A stretch of 64,000 nucleotides of DNA from Lingula anatina (lineage: Eukaryota > Animalia > Brachiopoda). The stretch covers positions 13,082,001-13,146,000 of the forward strand of contig CM120641.1 in the NCBI GenBank assembly GCA_051362555.1, read 5' to 3'. Shown here piece after piece: positions 55,201-64,000 of the stretch. The notes beneath the pieces are model-generated. The model was not told the DNA's origin. It worked only from the letters and a program-made list of their open reading frames with translations, and did no database searches. How positions within the stretch are numbered: the stretch's first letter is position 1; every line of letters starts with the position of its first letter. Both the position numbers and the translations under genes were made by a program.

Positions 55201-56315
55201 GGGTGAACCCTGTCATTGCCAGCTTTCTGGGCGTATCCCACATGTCCTAAATGGAAAATGTCAAATTTGTAATTAATAATTTAACTTTCAGATTAAGGCT
55301 GTGGTTCAACAAAACCTTCCCAACAGTAGGTATTATGAATTGCTTCAAAGACAATTTTTTTTGCATTGAAACTTTTTTTTTTACTTTTTTACTTTTTTTA
55401 TTTCAGTCTCTCTTTTTTTTTACATCCAAAATGGTCAGGAGATATTGTGCAAAAATTTAAAGAAATCAATAAAAACAAAGCAGCAAAGCTGTCAAATGTA
55501 CAGACAAAAAACAGAAAATAAAGATGCAAAAAAGGTCATTTTGTCAATTTTGATGCAATAATAAATAATGCTTATAATAGCACTGTCAGTCAACACTGAA
55601 TTTTAATCTTGCACAACAGGTAACATGGTCAATAACAGGAGCAGACCCAGAGATATTTTCTGACAGTATTACAAAGTATCTATGTTGATCCATCCTCCAT
55701 TTTGATGGTCTTCCAACAGAAAAAAATACATACCAGTCAATATAAACTTAATAACCTGACTGTCTTCCGGAAGACCCAGAAGATGGTCTCAATCCACCCC
55801 TTCAATAAGATTACAGTTTCAGGACCATGAGAGTTCAAATTCACATTATGAAACTCTCAATATTTGAAAAATGATGACAGTGCATAAAATAATATTACAT
55901 AATGTTTAAAGACATAAAAAACAATACAACTGCTTATGTAGAAATACAGAAAATGTGCAGAGCCCCAGGCAGATGAGAGTCAAAAGTCACAAATGCAAGT
56001 GTTTGAGAAAAAATTATAAAGGAAAACAACAAAATTAGAAAAGCACTTTGAGAGTGCAGACCTCTGCCAAGGCAGCAATTGTTGATTATTATTGATAATT
56101 GATTGATTATTGATCCGGACCACCACCAAAAATTAATCATTGTCCTCTTTGGCCCACTTCCGACAGTTCCTGAAAATTTCTGCAAAATCGGTCCAAAACT
56201 TTTTTGTGTTATGTGGATGACAGACAAACAGGGGTGAAAATATAACCTCCTTGGCAGAGCTTGAGGTAAATATAATTCCAATGAAGATGCTATTCAAACT
56301 TTTAATCTTCCAGTT

Positions 56316-56400
<85 letters not shown>

Positions 56401-59400
56401 AAACTTATTTGCAATATTAAACAAAATTTACCTGCATAATTATCACTGCTTCCTTATTATTAATCTAGCAGAGAGCTTTACCTTTGGGAGTTTACAGGGA
56501 AATATCAACAAGTGTGCTTTACGTAATCTCATTTAATGGCCTATTAAAGCAAATGACTTTATAACTCTGAAATTAATCTAGTGATACCCAAGGGTAATTT
56601 ACAGATTGACCCACTCAAAGGTCTTCAGGCCCATAAGTCACACCTTAAGAAAAGCACAAAACCATAATGCCCAAAATAGGAGACTACCAATCCTGATGCA
56701 ATAATACATTATGTTTAACTGCACAGTCAACATCAACTTATGCACAACAGGTAACACAGACGAAAGTAAAAGCATAAGGCTCCAGGCCCATCAGAGTTCA
56801 AGTTTATACTTAGAAAGTGCCAGAATGAGAAAAATGAAAATTTCACAAAAAATGCATAAATACAATAAACATGATAATCCAATAGAGCTGGTTTTCTCAT
56901 GAGCTGAAGGCCAATCCTAAAAATCGTACTTGTAAGTGTAAAATTATAATAAGTGGCACAGTGGCACCTGTGTTTCTTTTTTGAAAGTTTGACAGTCATA
57001 AGTAACACGGTTTTCCCATAATGGTCATCAAGGCAGCAGCACCAAAAATTGTGTTTTCTTCTATTTTGATGCAACATTACATAATGCTTAACAGCATAAT
57101 GACCATCGATTATTAATAATAAAATATAAGTGTCATGGATTTTCACAAAATGTGACTAGCATGGGTCTTCAAGCCCGTGGAGGTTCTAAGTCACACCTTG
57201 GAAATGCCAATATGTGAAAAATTAAATTTTCACAAAAAACTGTTTAATTGCCAGAAAAATTTACCAAACAGACTGCATTGCCTACTGAAGCTGTATTTTA
57301 GTCCCATGTCTCTTTCCTGTAAGTTTGAGAACAGTAAGTGACATGATTTTCCTTAAATGGTCATCATGGGAGCAGTGCCCAAAATAGGGGTTTCTTCAAA
57401 TTTTGATGCAATATTACATAATGTTTAACAGCATAATGACCATCAATTTTTAATAATAAAATATTAGTATCATGGATATTCAGAAAATATGACTAGCAAA
57501 GGTCTTCAGGCCCATGGAACTTCGAAGTCACATCTTGAAAATGCCAAAATGTAAATAAGACAGCACTTTTCTGAAATGGGTTTATTTCCATTTTTAACAC
57601 TTTTTTAACATAAAACAAAATTAACAGTTTACTGCCATTTTTATATGACCAATGAAGAAAATTGATGAGATGGGAAAAGTATCAATAGAACAGTGTTAAA
57701 TGTCCAACTTCCTCCATTCTGAGATTCTGAACATAGTGGATGAATGCATCTGACAAACTGCAACGAATTTTTGACACTGCAAAAAATTTTTGACACTTTA
57801 TTACACAATACATGATAACAAGTTTACCATCATTTTTAAAAAATCAACTAACAATGTTGTAAAGATGCAGGAAATGTCAAACAAACACTTTTACGTATCT
57901 TATTAGTTCAATAATGAGACTGTTAACATACCTAAGAATTGAATGTGAGGAAATGTGAAAAAACAGCATAACTTCTAAAATAATGGACTGATTATGCTGA
58001 TTTTCAAACTCAATCTGCGTTTTAGTAAGATAGGCCCCTCCTGTGAGTATAATGACAATTGGCCAATCTGTTTTTCTTATATTGTGTTATCAGTGTTGCA
58101 TATATACTGAAAAAAGTGAAAAAACAGCATAAATTCCCTATAAGTGACCCGATCGTGCTGATTTTCAAACTTGACCTGCATATTATGAATATTTATCAGT
58201 TCTGTAAGTTTCAAGCCGAAAGGTAAAATGGTTTTCCACTTATCGTGTTATCGGTGCTGCACATATGCTGAAAAAAGAGAAAAAATAGCCTAAATTCACT
58301 AAAAATGACCCAATCACGCTGATTTTCGAACTTGACCTCCGTATTATGTATATTCATCAGTTCTGTAAGTTTCAAGCCAAAAGGTAAAATGGTTTTCCAC
58401 TTATCGTGTTATCGGTGCTGCATATATGCTGAAAAAAGTGAAAAAACAGCATAAATTCCATATAAGTGACCCGATCATGCTGATTTTCGAACTCGACCTG
58501 CGTATTATGAATATTCATCAGTTCTGTAAGTTTCAAACAAAAAGAAAAAACATTTTTCCACTTATCGTGTTATCGGTAAAAGTGCACGGCGACGACGGCA
58601 ACGACGGCGACAGCGACGACAGACGCAGATGACGGCTATATGTACAGACACATCTGTGTCTGTACATAAAAAGTGTCTCACTAAGCCTCATAATTCATAA
58701 CAACAGGCCAATAGTAAATAATACCATTGGGAAGACTGGATATTAAGTGGGAAATTCCAAGAATCTGACAGCTAAATTAAAGCCTATAGTATGCCTATCA
58801 ATAATCATGGAATTTTAATTTCAAATTACAGTGTCTGTTGGTTTACCAAAGCCCCAGTCAGTGAAGCGCTGAGTATAAATAGTGACCCAAGTGAAACTAG
58901 ATAAATCTCCAGCCTAGAGCACATTCAGTTATACAAACCGTTTCTCCACACACAACTCTGACCCGCAAAAAATATGGGAATACAGCACTATCCTCCTAAA
59001 AATAAGAGTATATTTGCCAAACCTTAGACATCAATAAAAAATATCAAAATATCATAAACATGTGGTGGTGTTGACCTTCAAATTTCAACACCTCTTTCAT
59101 TTTAGCTAACTTTTTTATCTTTCTCTCTGCATTCCTTCTTTTCTTAAAATAAATTTATATAAACAACATGGCACTACAATATGTTCTCTCTTTTTTGCCA
59201 AAGTCGATTAACATAGTAAGTACACAAAACTGTTTTCACCTGACCATGAGCCGTAAGATGAAATACATCAGATTCCATTGAACTATTTAAGGGTTGTTCT
59301 GGTTTTAAAACATTGACAGCCTGTACTACATGATAAGGGTTTGCTGTCTCTGTCGCTTCCACTTTCCACCAACACCTGCTCAAATGCTCCTCAGTAGTTC

Positions 59401-59470
59401 TTACTGGATTAAGCACTAGCGTCACTGCCAAGAGGACCATATTCCATACTGTCCAGTGTGATTTCATCAT
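40561..59470 (-). CDS. CATSPERG: Cation channel sperm-associated auxiliary subunit gamma (CatSper-gamma), 26 coding exons, about 1218 aa
   Basis: Exons: 59470-59240, 58995-58939, 55246-55096, 54456-54327, 53890-53683, 53459-53385, 53134-52951, 52792-52598, 52113-51915, 51553-51439, 51085-50939, 50701-50595, 50481-50370, 50073-49891, 49442-49256, 48513-48389, 48063-47923, 47388-47232, 45211-45052, 44333-44241, 43968-43876, 43509-43407, 43019-42863, 41750-41676, 41385-41215, 40661-40561 (3657 nt, in frame). Signal peptide, single C-terminal TM, and motifs colinear with human CATSPERG as recalled: FPYFLRV, LFMWGNVI, IWY...LYPSQQW, CP...QKYTRTE, LPSLIYLE, GCPPKVHLAFDI...DC...PDMPC, VVGG, PCANIIP...PEYYFLVEISNKGVD...YCDF...VHGIP. 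The last exon boundary and the 53683 donor are less certain. Confidence 0.88.
40770..41061. mobile_element. Near-perfect foldback MITE, PIF/Harbinger-like, in the last CATSPERG intron
   Basis: Inverted arms of about 120 bp, GACCGCATTCACATCGAGTTGAGCCATGGC.../...GCCATGGCTCAACTCGATGTGAATGCGGCC, with a TTA target-site duplication. Confidence 0.85.
41125..41196. repeat. (TA)n microsatellite plus poly-T
   Basis: Directly visible. Confidence 0.95.
41807..42479. mobile_element. Non-autonomous TIR element (Kolobok-like), copy 2
   Basis: TTAA|GGATATTGTTACCCTT...AAGGGTTACAATATCT|TTAA; homologous to 12840-13450. Confidence 0.7.
44625..44877. mobile_element. CpG-rich double-hairpin insertion, unclassified
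   Basis: Hairpin 1 has ~50-bp arms AGATACAA...GTCGCCGAGCTGTACGTGAAA / TTTCACGTACAGCTCGGCGAC...TTGTATCT (44625-44740). Hairpin 2 is CTTAAACCACGGC / GCCGTGGTTTAAG (44743-44876). Confidence 0.55.
45810..47110. mobile_element. Old, degenerate ~1.3-kb foldback element in a CATSPERG intron
   Basis: TTCAAAATGGCGGACAAAA...AGAGTTTCAACATCAACAAT (~45891) is inverted at ATTGTTGTTGATGAAACTCT...TTTTGGCTGCCATTTTGAA (~47007-47054); ATAAGATATCTCAAGTTCTGCTGGATG pairs with CATCCAACAGATGTTGGGAAATCTTAT. Ends are approximate. Confidence 0.6.
48546..48950 (-). mobile_element. Short copy of a second HINE family
   Basis: Shares both ends with 55475-58671: AACAAGGCAGCAAAGCTGTCAAAT(A/G)TACAGACAAAAA on the left and TGTACA(T/G)ACACATCTGTGTCTGTACATAAAAA on the right. 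Confidence 0.65.
49531..49656. mobile_element. Small hAT-like MITE, truncated; second copy at 55637-55801
   Basis: AGGGGTGGATCCAGAGATATTTTCTGA...CATCCTCCATTTT...TCTTCCAACAGAAAAAA...GAAGACCCAGAAGA is shared with 55637-55801, which is flanked by a TCAATAA direct repeat. Confidence 0.55.
52162..52238. repeat. (TA)n microsatellite
   Basis: Directly visible. Confidence 0.95.
56034..56270 (-). mobile_element. Third, ~235-bp HINE-type element nested in the previous one
   Basis: Minus strand: TTTACCTC...CTCTGCCAAGGAGGTTATATTTTCACCCCTGTTTGTCTGTC...CCTTGGCAGAGGTCTGCACTCTCAAAGTGCTTTTCTAAT (subTIR CTCTGCCAAGG/CCTTGGCAGAG, 3' hairpin GCACT..AGTGC). Confidence 0.7.
56318..56397. repeat. (TA)n microsatellite
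   Basis: Directly visible. Confidence 0.95.
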
Positions 59471-60180
59471 CTGAAATAACAATAATGTATATCTGGATGA
59501 ATAAGTCAAATAATTCCAACTCTGGCATATGACTAATGGGTGAAAGATTGCTGGCATTTTACAATGTTATGGTTTGTGGAATCAGAATCACTTAATAAAA
59601 ATGATAATATTATCAGATATAATGTATTTTTATATGATGTATTTCATTTAAAATCTCAATCTGTCTTATAATCTAAGAACTAAACATTACAGTTGATAAA
59701 GATTTTAAAATGACAAAATTGAGAGCTACATGTAAAAATGGCAAACTAATCATAAAAATTATAAACAGCTTGTTAAAAACCTCAAATTTTGAGTCTAATT
59801 TTTGATCACAATAAAGAATAATCTACAAGATAAAAAACAAAAAAATAAAAACTGCTTGATCAATCACAATTCACTGTTTCAAAAAATGTAAGTCTTTAAA
59901 TTGTTTGTTAAAATTGTACAAGTTATCTATGGCTCTCATTTGAATAAGAAACTATTCCATAGTTTACGTATATAATAAATTTAAAGCCCATACACCATAA
60001 AATGTATTAGCTTTTTTCTCTGAAGCAGCATGTTCTAAGAGTAAATGCTTAAAAGTTAAAGTCCTAGTAATCCGTCCATGCTAATGTGGCCGAGTGAGTT
60101 CTGAGATATATAATGGTTCCATTTTCTGTAACTGCTTTAAAAATTATACACAGAACTTTTAATAAAATTCTATCTCTTAC

Positions 60181-60400
60181 AAATTATAGCCACTAAACAC
60201 TTGTTTCTTAGTGTACAGCTGGCACCAATTCCTCAACCAAACTGTATATTAAACTTCTGCTCCAGATGAGTAGGGTGTTCTGTCGATTAACGTGTAAGGT
60301 CCACTCCACAGGGTTTTCCTACCAAAACGAATATTTCTGAGGTAAAACCCTGGAGCCGTAGCTCGAGGTTACGTCAAAGTCAAAGAACCGGGGGCGTCTC
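60181..60400 (-). promoter_or_regulatory. Putative non-coding first exon / proximal promoter of CATSPERG
   Basis: The start ATG at 59470 directly follows an acceptor (TTATTTCAG), so an upstream exon is required. A GTAAGAG donor lies at 60180, with a CpG-containing stretch and CRE-like TTACGTCA at 60369-60376. Confidence 0.45.
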
Positions 60401-60459
60401 GATAGTCCGAAGGTTCATTGGTCCGAAGGTTCATTGGTCCGAAAAGTGGTAACATTTTT

Positions 60460-61027
60460 GGTACTTTTGTAGTATACCCCCCCACCCTGTAACTTCCTGA
60501 AACTTTCATTTTTCAAACATTTTTTTACATTGTCTATTTCACCTATGTCAAAACTGTTGAAATAAAATGTTTTTGTAATTACCTGTGGTCTTTTTAGTTT
60601 TAATCACGTTTAATCCACCCCATTGAAATACAATGTGAAAATTTACAATGTACCCGCAGTCAATATCTTGCCGCGTTTTCGTTGGCTAACTCTACCTTAT
60701 TTTATGTGAACATAGGTTTGATACATTGTATACTTGGACTTCCTCTGTGAAATTATTATGAGCTACTTGTTCACATAAAATTACCTTAGAGTTAGCCAAC
60801 GAAAACGCGGCAAGTTATTGACTGCGGGTGTAAATTGAAGATTCTAACATTGTATTTCAATGGGCTGGATTAAACATGATTAAAACTAATAAAAAGACCA
60901 CAGGTAATTACAAAAGCATTTAATTGAAATAGCTTTGACATAGATGAACAATAAAATGTAAAAAAACTGTTTGAAAAGTGAACGTTACAGAAAGTTACAG
61001 GGTGGGGGGGTATACTACAAAAGTACC
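60460..61027. mobile_element. 568-bp foldback DNA element with an 8-bp TSD (Mutator/Merlin-like termini)
   Basis: GGTACTTTTGTAGTATACCCCCCCACCCTGTAAC.../...GTTACAGGGTGGGGGGGTATACTACAAAAGTACC, arms about 255 bp; ACATTTTT duplicated at 60452-60459 and 61028-61035. Confidence 0.85.
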
Positions 61028-62717
61028 ACATTTTTATCGATTTTTTAATCAAGAGTTCATTGGTCCGAAGGTTCTACTATCGCTACGGCCCCCAAAGAAC
61101 CAAGTGTGCCAGGTGCCTTTTTCTTTTTCTTTTTCTAAAATTCACATGTTGGTCTGCTTCGCTGAATAATTCAATTCCAGAGCTTAATTGCAGATTTTGG
61201 GGTATTACTGTTAACTTAAGAATAATGCCTCAATTCACTAACATTACAAGTGTATTTGAGCTCATTCAGCTTGCATCAAAGAAAATGGATCTAAACGATC
61301 TTACCCTTCATGCTTTCTCAGAAAGACCATCCGTATTTCGCGGTTGCGCAGTATTCTTGACCTTGACCTTTGCACGACAGGTGTTCCGATTTGTGATGTT
61401 CCGAAGACAACATCAATGGAATATGTCCGGTGCTTTGGTTGGATTAAATTGTCGCACAATCTTCTTGCTGTATTATGTAATGTTTAGAATGCATCCAGTA
61501 TAGTAAATGGTATTTCGGGTGCATAAAACAAGTGTTCAAATTTCCATAAACCATTAAATCTGATTTTAAATAAAAGGAAAGGGGAACGCGAATTCTTTTT
61601 ATCTTTTTGTACTAAAATCGATTTATTCCTAGGCCTAAAAAAAGACCATGATGTCGGCCTTATAACGATAACGTGTTTTTAAATTGTTCATTTATTTATA
61701 TATTTTTACCGCAAAGAGGACCAACAGCAAGGAAGAGAGAGAGAGATGCTAACAGTACCAAACCGAAAAAGTTAATTCTTGATAATGATATTTTGTTTTT
61801 CAGAAAACGAGCATGTCCAAAGTCATTATGCAACCTACGTCTAGGCCTCCAATATAGTACAGGTACACTGTACGTAGTTCTTTATATTCAGTATCGCCAG
61901 TTTTTGTTTGCCGTTTCTATAATAACAAGTAGCCTAATAGGCCTGATTTGCAACTCCGGTAGTAGGCCTACGATTTTCATAAAAAATCATTATAACATCA
62001 CCATCGAGTTTTCATTCATTTATTTAAAATTTTTACTTTTTTAAAATTATTAAAGACAGTTAGTTTGTCCAAGTCAAAGCATCGGTAAGATTCATTACCC
62101 CGTGGGAACCAGGGAAGGTTGACAGTTTGTTAAGCAAAACGATAAAATATGAAACTTTCAAAATTTGAGTATTAAGATCCTTGTGCTTTTTGCCTTAACC
62201 TATAAGCTCACAGCTCCCCTTCCGATATTTTAGTTTTAGCATTTCACTCCCTCTCAGTCCATCATCCGCGGCAGTCTCTACTTTCTCTGAATACAGAATT
62301 TAGGATGAGATGGAGGCAAGACGCGCCTCCTATTTTATACAGGAGATATTGACGTACGCTGTAGATGCATTCGCCAGTAGACTTGTGACTTTTAAGGAGA
62401 ACATTCCGATGGTAATTGTGTATAAATTTGAAGACATTCGGTGCATGGTGTCTTTTGATATTTATTGCATTTTTTTACTTCCATAGAAATCACTGTGGAA
62501 AACCTTTATGTAAGGGGATGCATTTTCCTAAATTCAAGAACACATTAAAACCAGGAAAAAGTTTTTATAGTGCCATTAACTCTTCTTGGAAGTGATTAAC
62601 TGAAAAGTACGTGAATAAAGTCACTTTGAAGGTCATGATTGTATTTTACTGCGCAATAAAGTAACATTTAAAAACAAACTTGTCGGTGTACATTTGCAGT
62701 GGGACTGAACATTGTGG

Positions 62718-63965
62718 ATGATGAATAAACGCCGTGCTCAGCAAATCGGTCTCTTTTTGCTGGTGCTGAACGTTGTCTTTATACAGACAGTAGCAGATCC
62801 GTGTACACCTGGTGATCCTGACCAATACCGGACTTTTGAAGCGTCGACATGGGTAAGAAACCGAGCGATAACAGCTGACTTAGTAACGATGAGTCTTATA
62901 TGCGACAGGTAAATTTAAACTGTTCCTATCTGCATTATTATTTCAATTATTTTTGTTACTGTTATCATTATGAGCAAGCCTATTGCATGCACCCATGCTG
63001 GGCGAATAGAGGTTATAGGCCTACCATTCAATTTGGCCATTCCCCCCCCCCCCCCCCGCACGCACACACACACACACACACACATCCCAGTGAGACCCAC
63101 CAGTAAAACCATAGATTCACACAGAACGTCATTAATATAATGTTAAAGGTTTAACTTTTGGTAAGTTTAAAGTGTGGTAACCTCGAAATACTAGAGAAAA
63201 CAGCTTTACACCTTATGCTTGTTCTTTAAGGGATAACAACTCTGCGTATGATATCCATATTTCACAATAAATACATTGTAAACATTTCATAGAAGTACAT
63301 ACGTCACTTAACGCAATTATTCTGGAATTTGTCTGGAATTTGTGCTTGCTATCACATCACGTGACCTCCAATGATGGCTACACTCTATGATAATCTCTTA
63401 AGAGAACATTACAAAAAAAACTTTTTAGAAAAAAAAACAGGACTAACTTTGAATATCAGAATGGATTCAGTAACTATTGGTAAGTAGGGCCTATGGGAAA
63501 ATTGCCCTTTACCCCAGGAAAATCAATTTTTGGCTTAAATGAACAGTTGTTATCCCTTAAATGGATCTGTTAAAACCTGAAACTCCTACCTCTTTTAGGA
63601 GCAGGCATTAAAATTTGGTTGCAAAAGAGGCATCTTTTATTACTGCAGGTACCTGTCCCCTACGTCATGGTACCGATTCACTGACAAGCAGGGGGACCGG
63701 ATGGCAGATGCCACGCCTAAGGCGCCTGTGCCGATGCAGTGCGGAACTGGTGCCCCCGTCTTCTTACGGGACCCTCACCCAACCTTGGAAGAAGGGGAGA
63801 AAACTGAAGCTAGAGTCTGTGCTAACTACGGCATTCCTAATGATGATTGTAGTTGGACTGGAATCGTCTACATCAAGCATTGTCCTAGTCGGTTCGATAT
63901 GGACGGGTTTTACATCTATCGTGTTCAGCCTCCACCTGCTTGTCCCATGGCGTATTGTGGCGTAG
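62718..63965 (+). CDS. Secreted D8C-domain protein (VWDE/OIT3/uromodulin-like), first two coding exons; continues beyond the window
   Basis: Exon 62718-62908 encodes a signal peptide (IGLFLLVLNVVFIQTVA) then DPC...LICD. Exon 63649-63965, joined in phase 2, encodes WYRF...RM...CGTGAPVFL...HP...VCANY...C.W...IKHC...FYIYRVQPPPACPMAYCG, a D8C signature. GTAAT donor at 63966. Confidence 0.82.
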
Positions 63966-64000
63966 GTAATATTCACTTATACTTTTTTCCAGAGCAACGA

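Larger units (their letters stand above)
55475..58671 (-). mobile_element. Long copy of the second HINE family with internal tandem repeats and nested insertions (intron after the second CATSPERG coding exon)
   Basis: Read on the minus strand: TTTTTATGTACAGACAC-AGAT-GTGTCTGTACA hairpin, (GTC)n microsatellite, about 4 x ~161-bp repeats (57950-58580), degenerate longer repeats (56610-57550), then a 3' subTIR TGTCTGTACA and a small hairpin near 55475-55510. Confidence 0.65.

Noticed and set aside
56481-56560. Possible CATSPERG exon next to a GTAAAG donor
   Set aside because: All frames from the available acceptors hit stops, and exon 58995-58939 joins 55246 in frame without it.
61060-62044. 147-aa and 123-aa ORFs in the CATSPERG-D8C intergenic region
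   Set aside because: No recognisable domain or splice support; they start at non-ATG codons and lie in repeat-derived or AT-rich DNA.
1-64000. tRNA, rRNA or snoRNA genes
   Set aside because: No cloverleaf, rRNA-like or convincing box C/D or H/ACA structure seen by eye; an Infernal/tRNAscan run would be needed to exclude them.

Overview
AT-rich, intron-rich animal genomic DNA from a non-vertebrate metazoan; the repeat style suggests a marine invertebrate, but I cannot identify the taxon from sequence alone. I assembled five multi-exon genes by hand from splice sites and reading phase. (1) The first coding exon of a Serrate/Jagged Notch ligand (-), with the gene running off the left edge. (2) ARV1 (-, 7 coding exons, 255 aa). 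(3) KIF16B (+, 33 exons, about 1416 aa), head-to-head with ARV1. (4) An intact CatSper-gamma auxiliary subunit (-, 26 coding exons, about 1218 aa), tail-to-tail with KIF16B. (5) The 5' end of a secreted D8C-domain (VWDE/OIT3/uromodulin-like) gene (+). The introns carry many non-autonomous DNA elements: three Helentron-type (HINE) families, foldback MITEs and Kolobok-like elements. Two HINE copies contain 146-bp tandem arrays with incipient higher-order structure. Most entries in the supplied ORF track are spurious or partial exons. There are no prokaryotic features and no CRISPR array. Similarities to human proteins are from memory, not from a database search.
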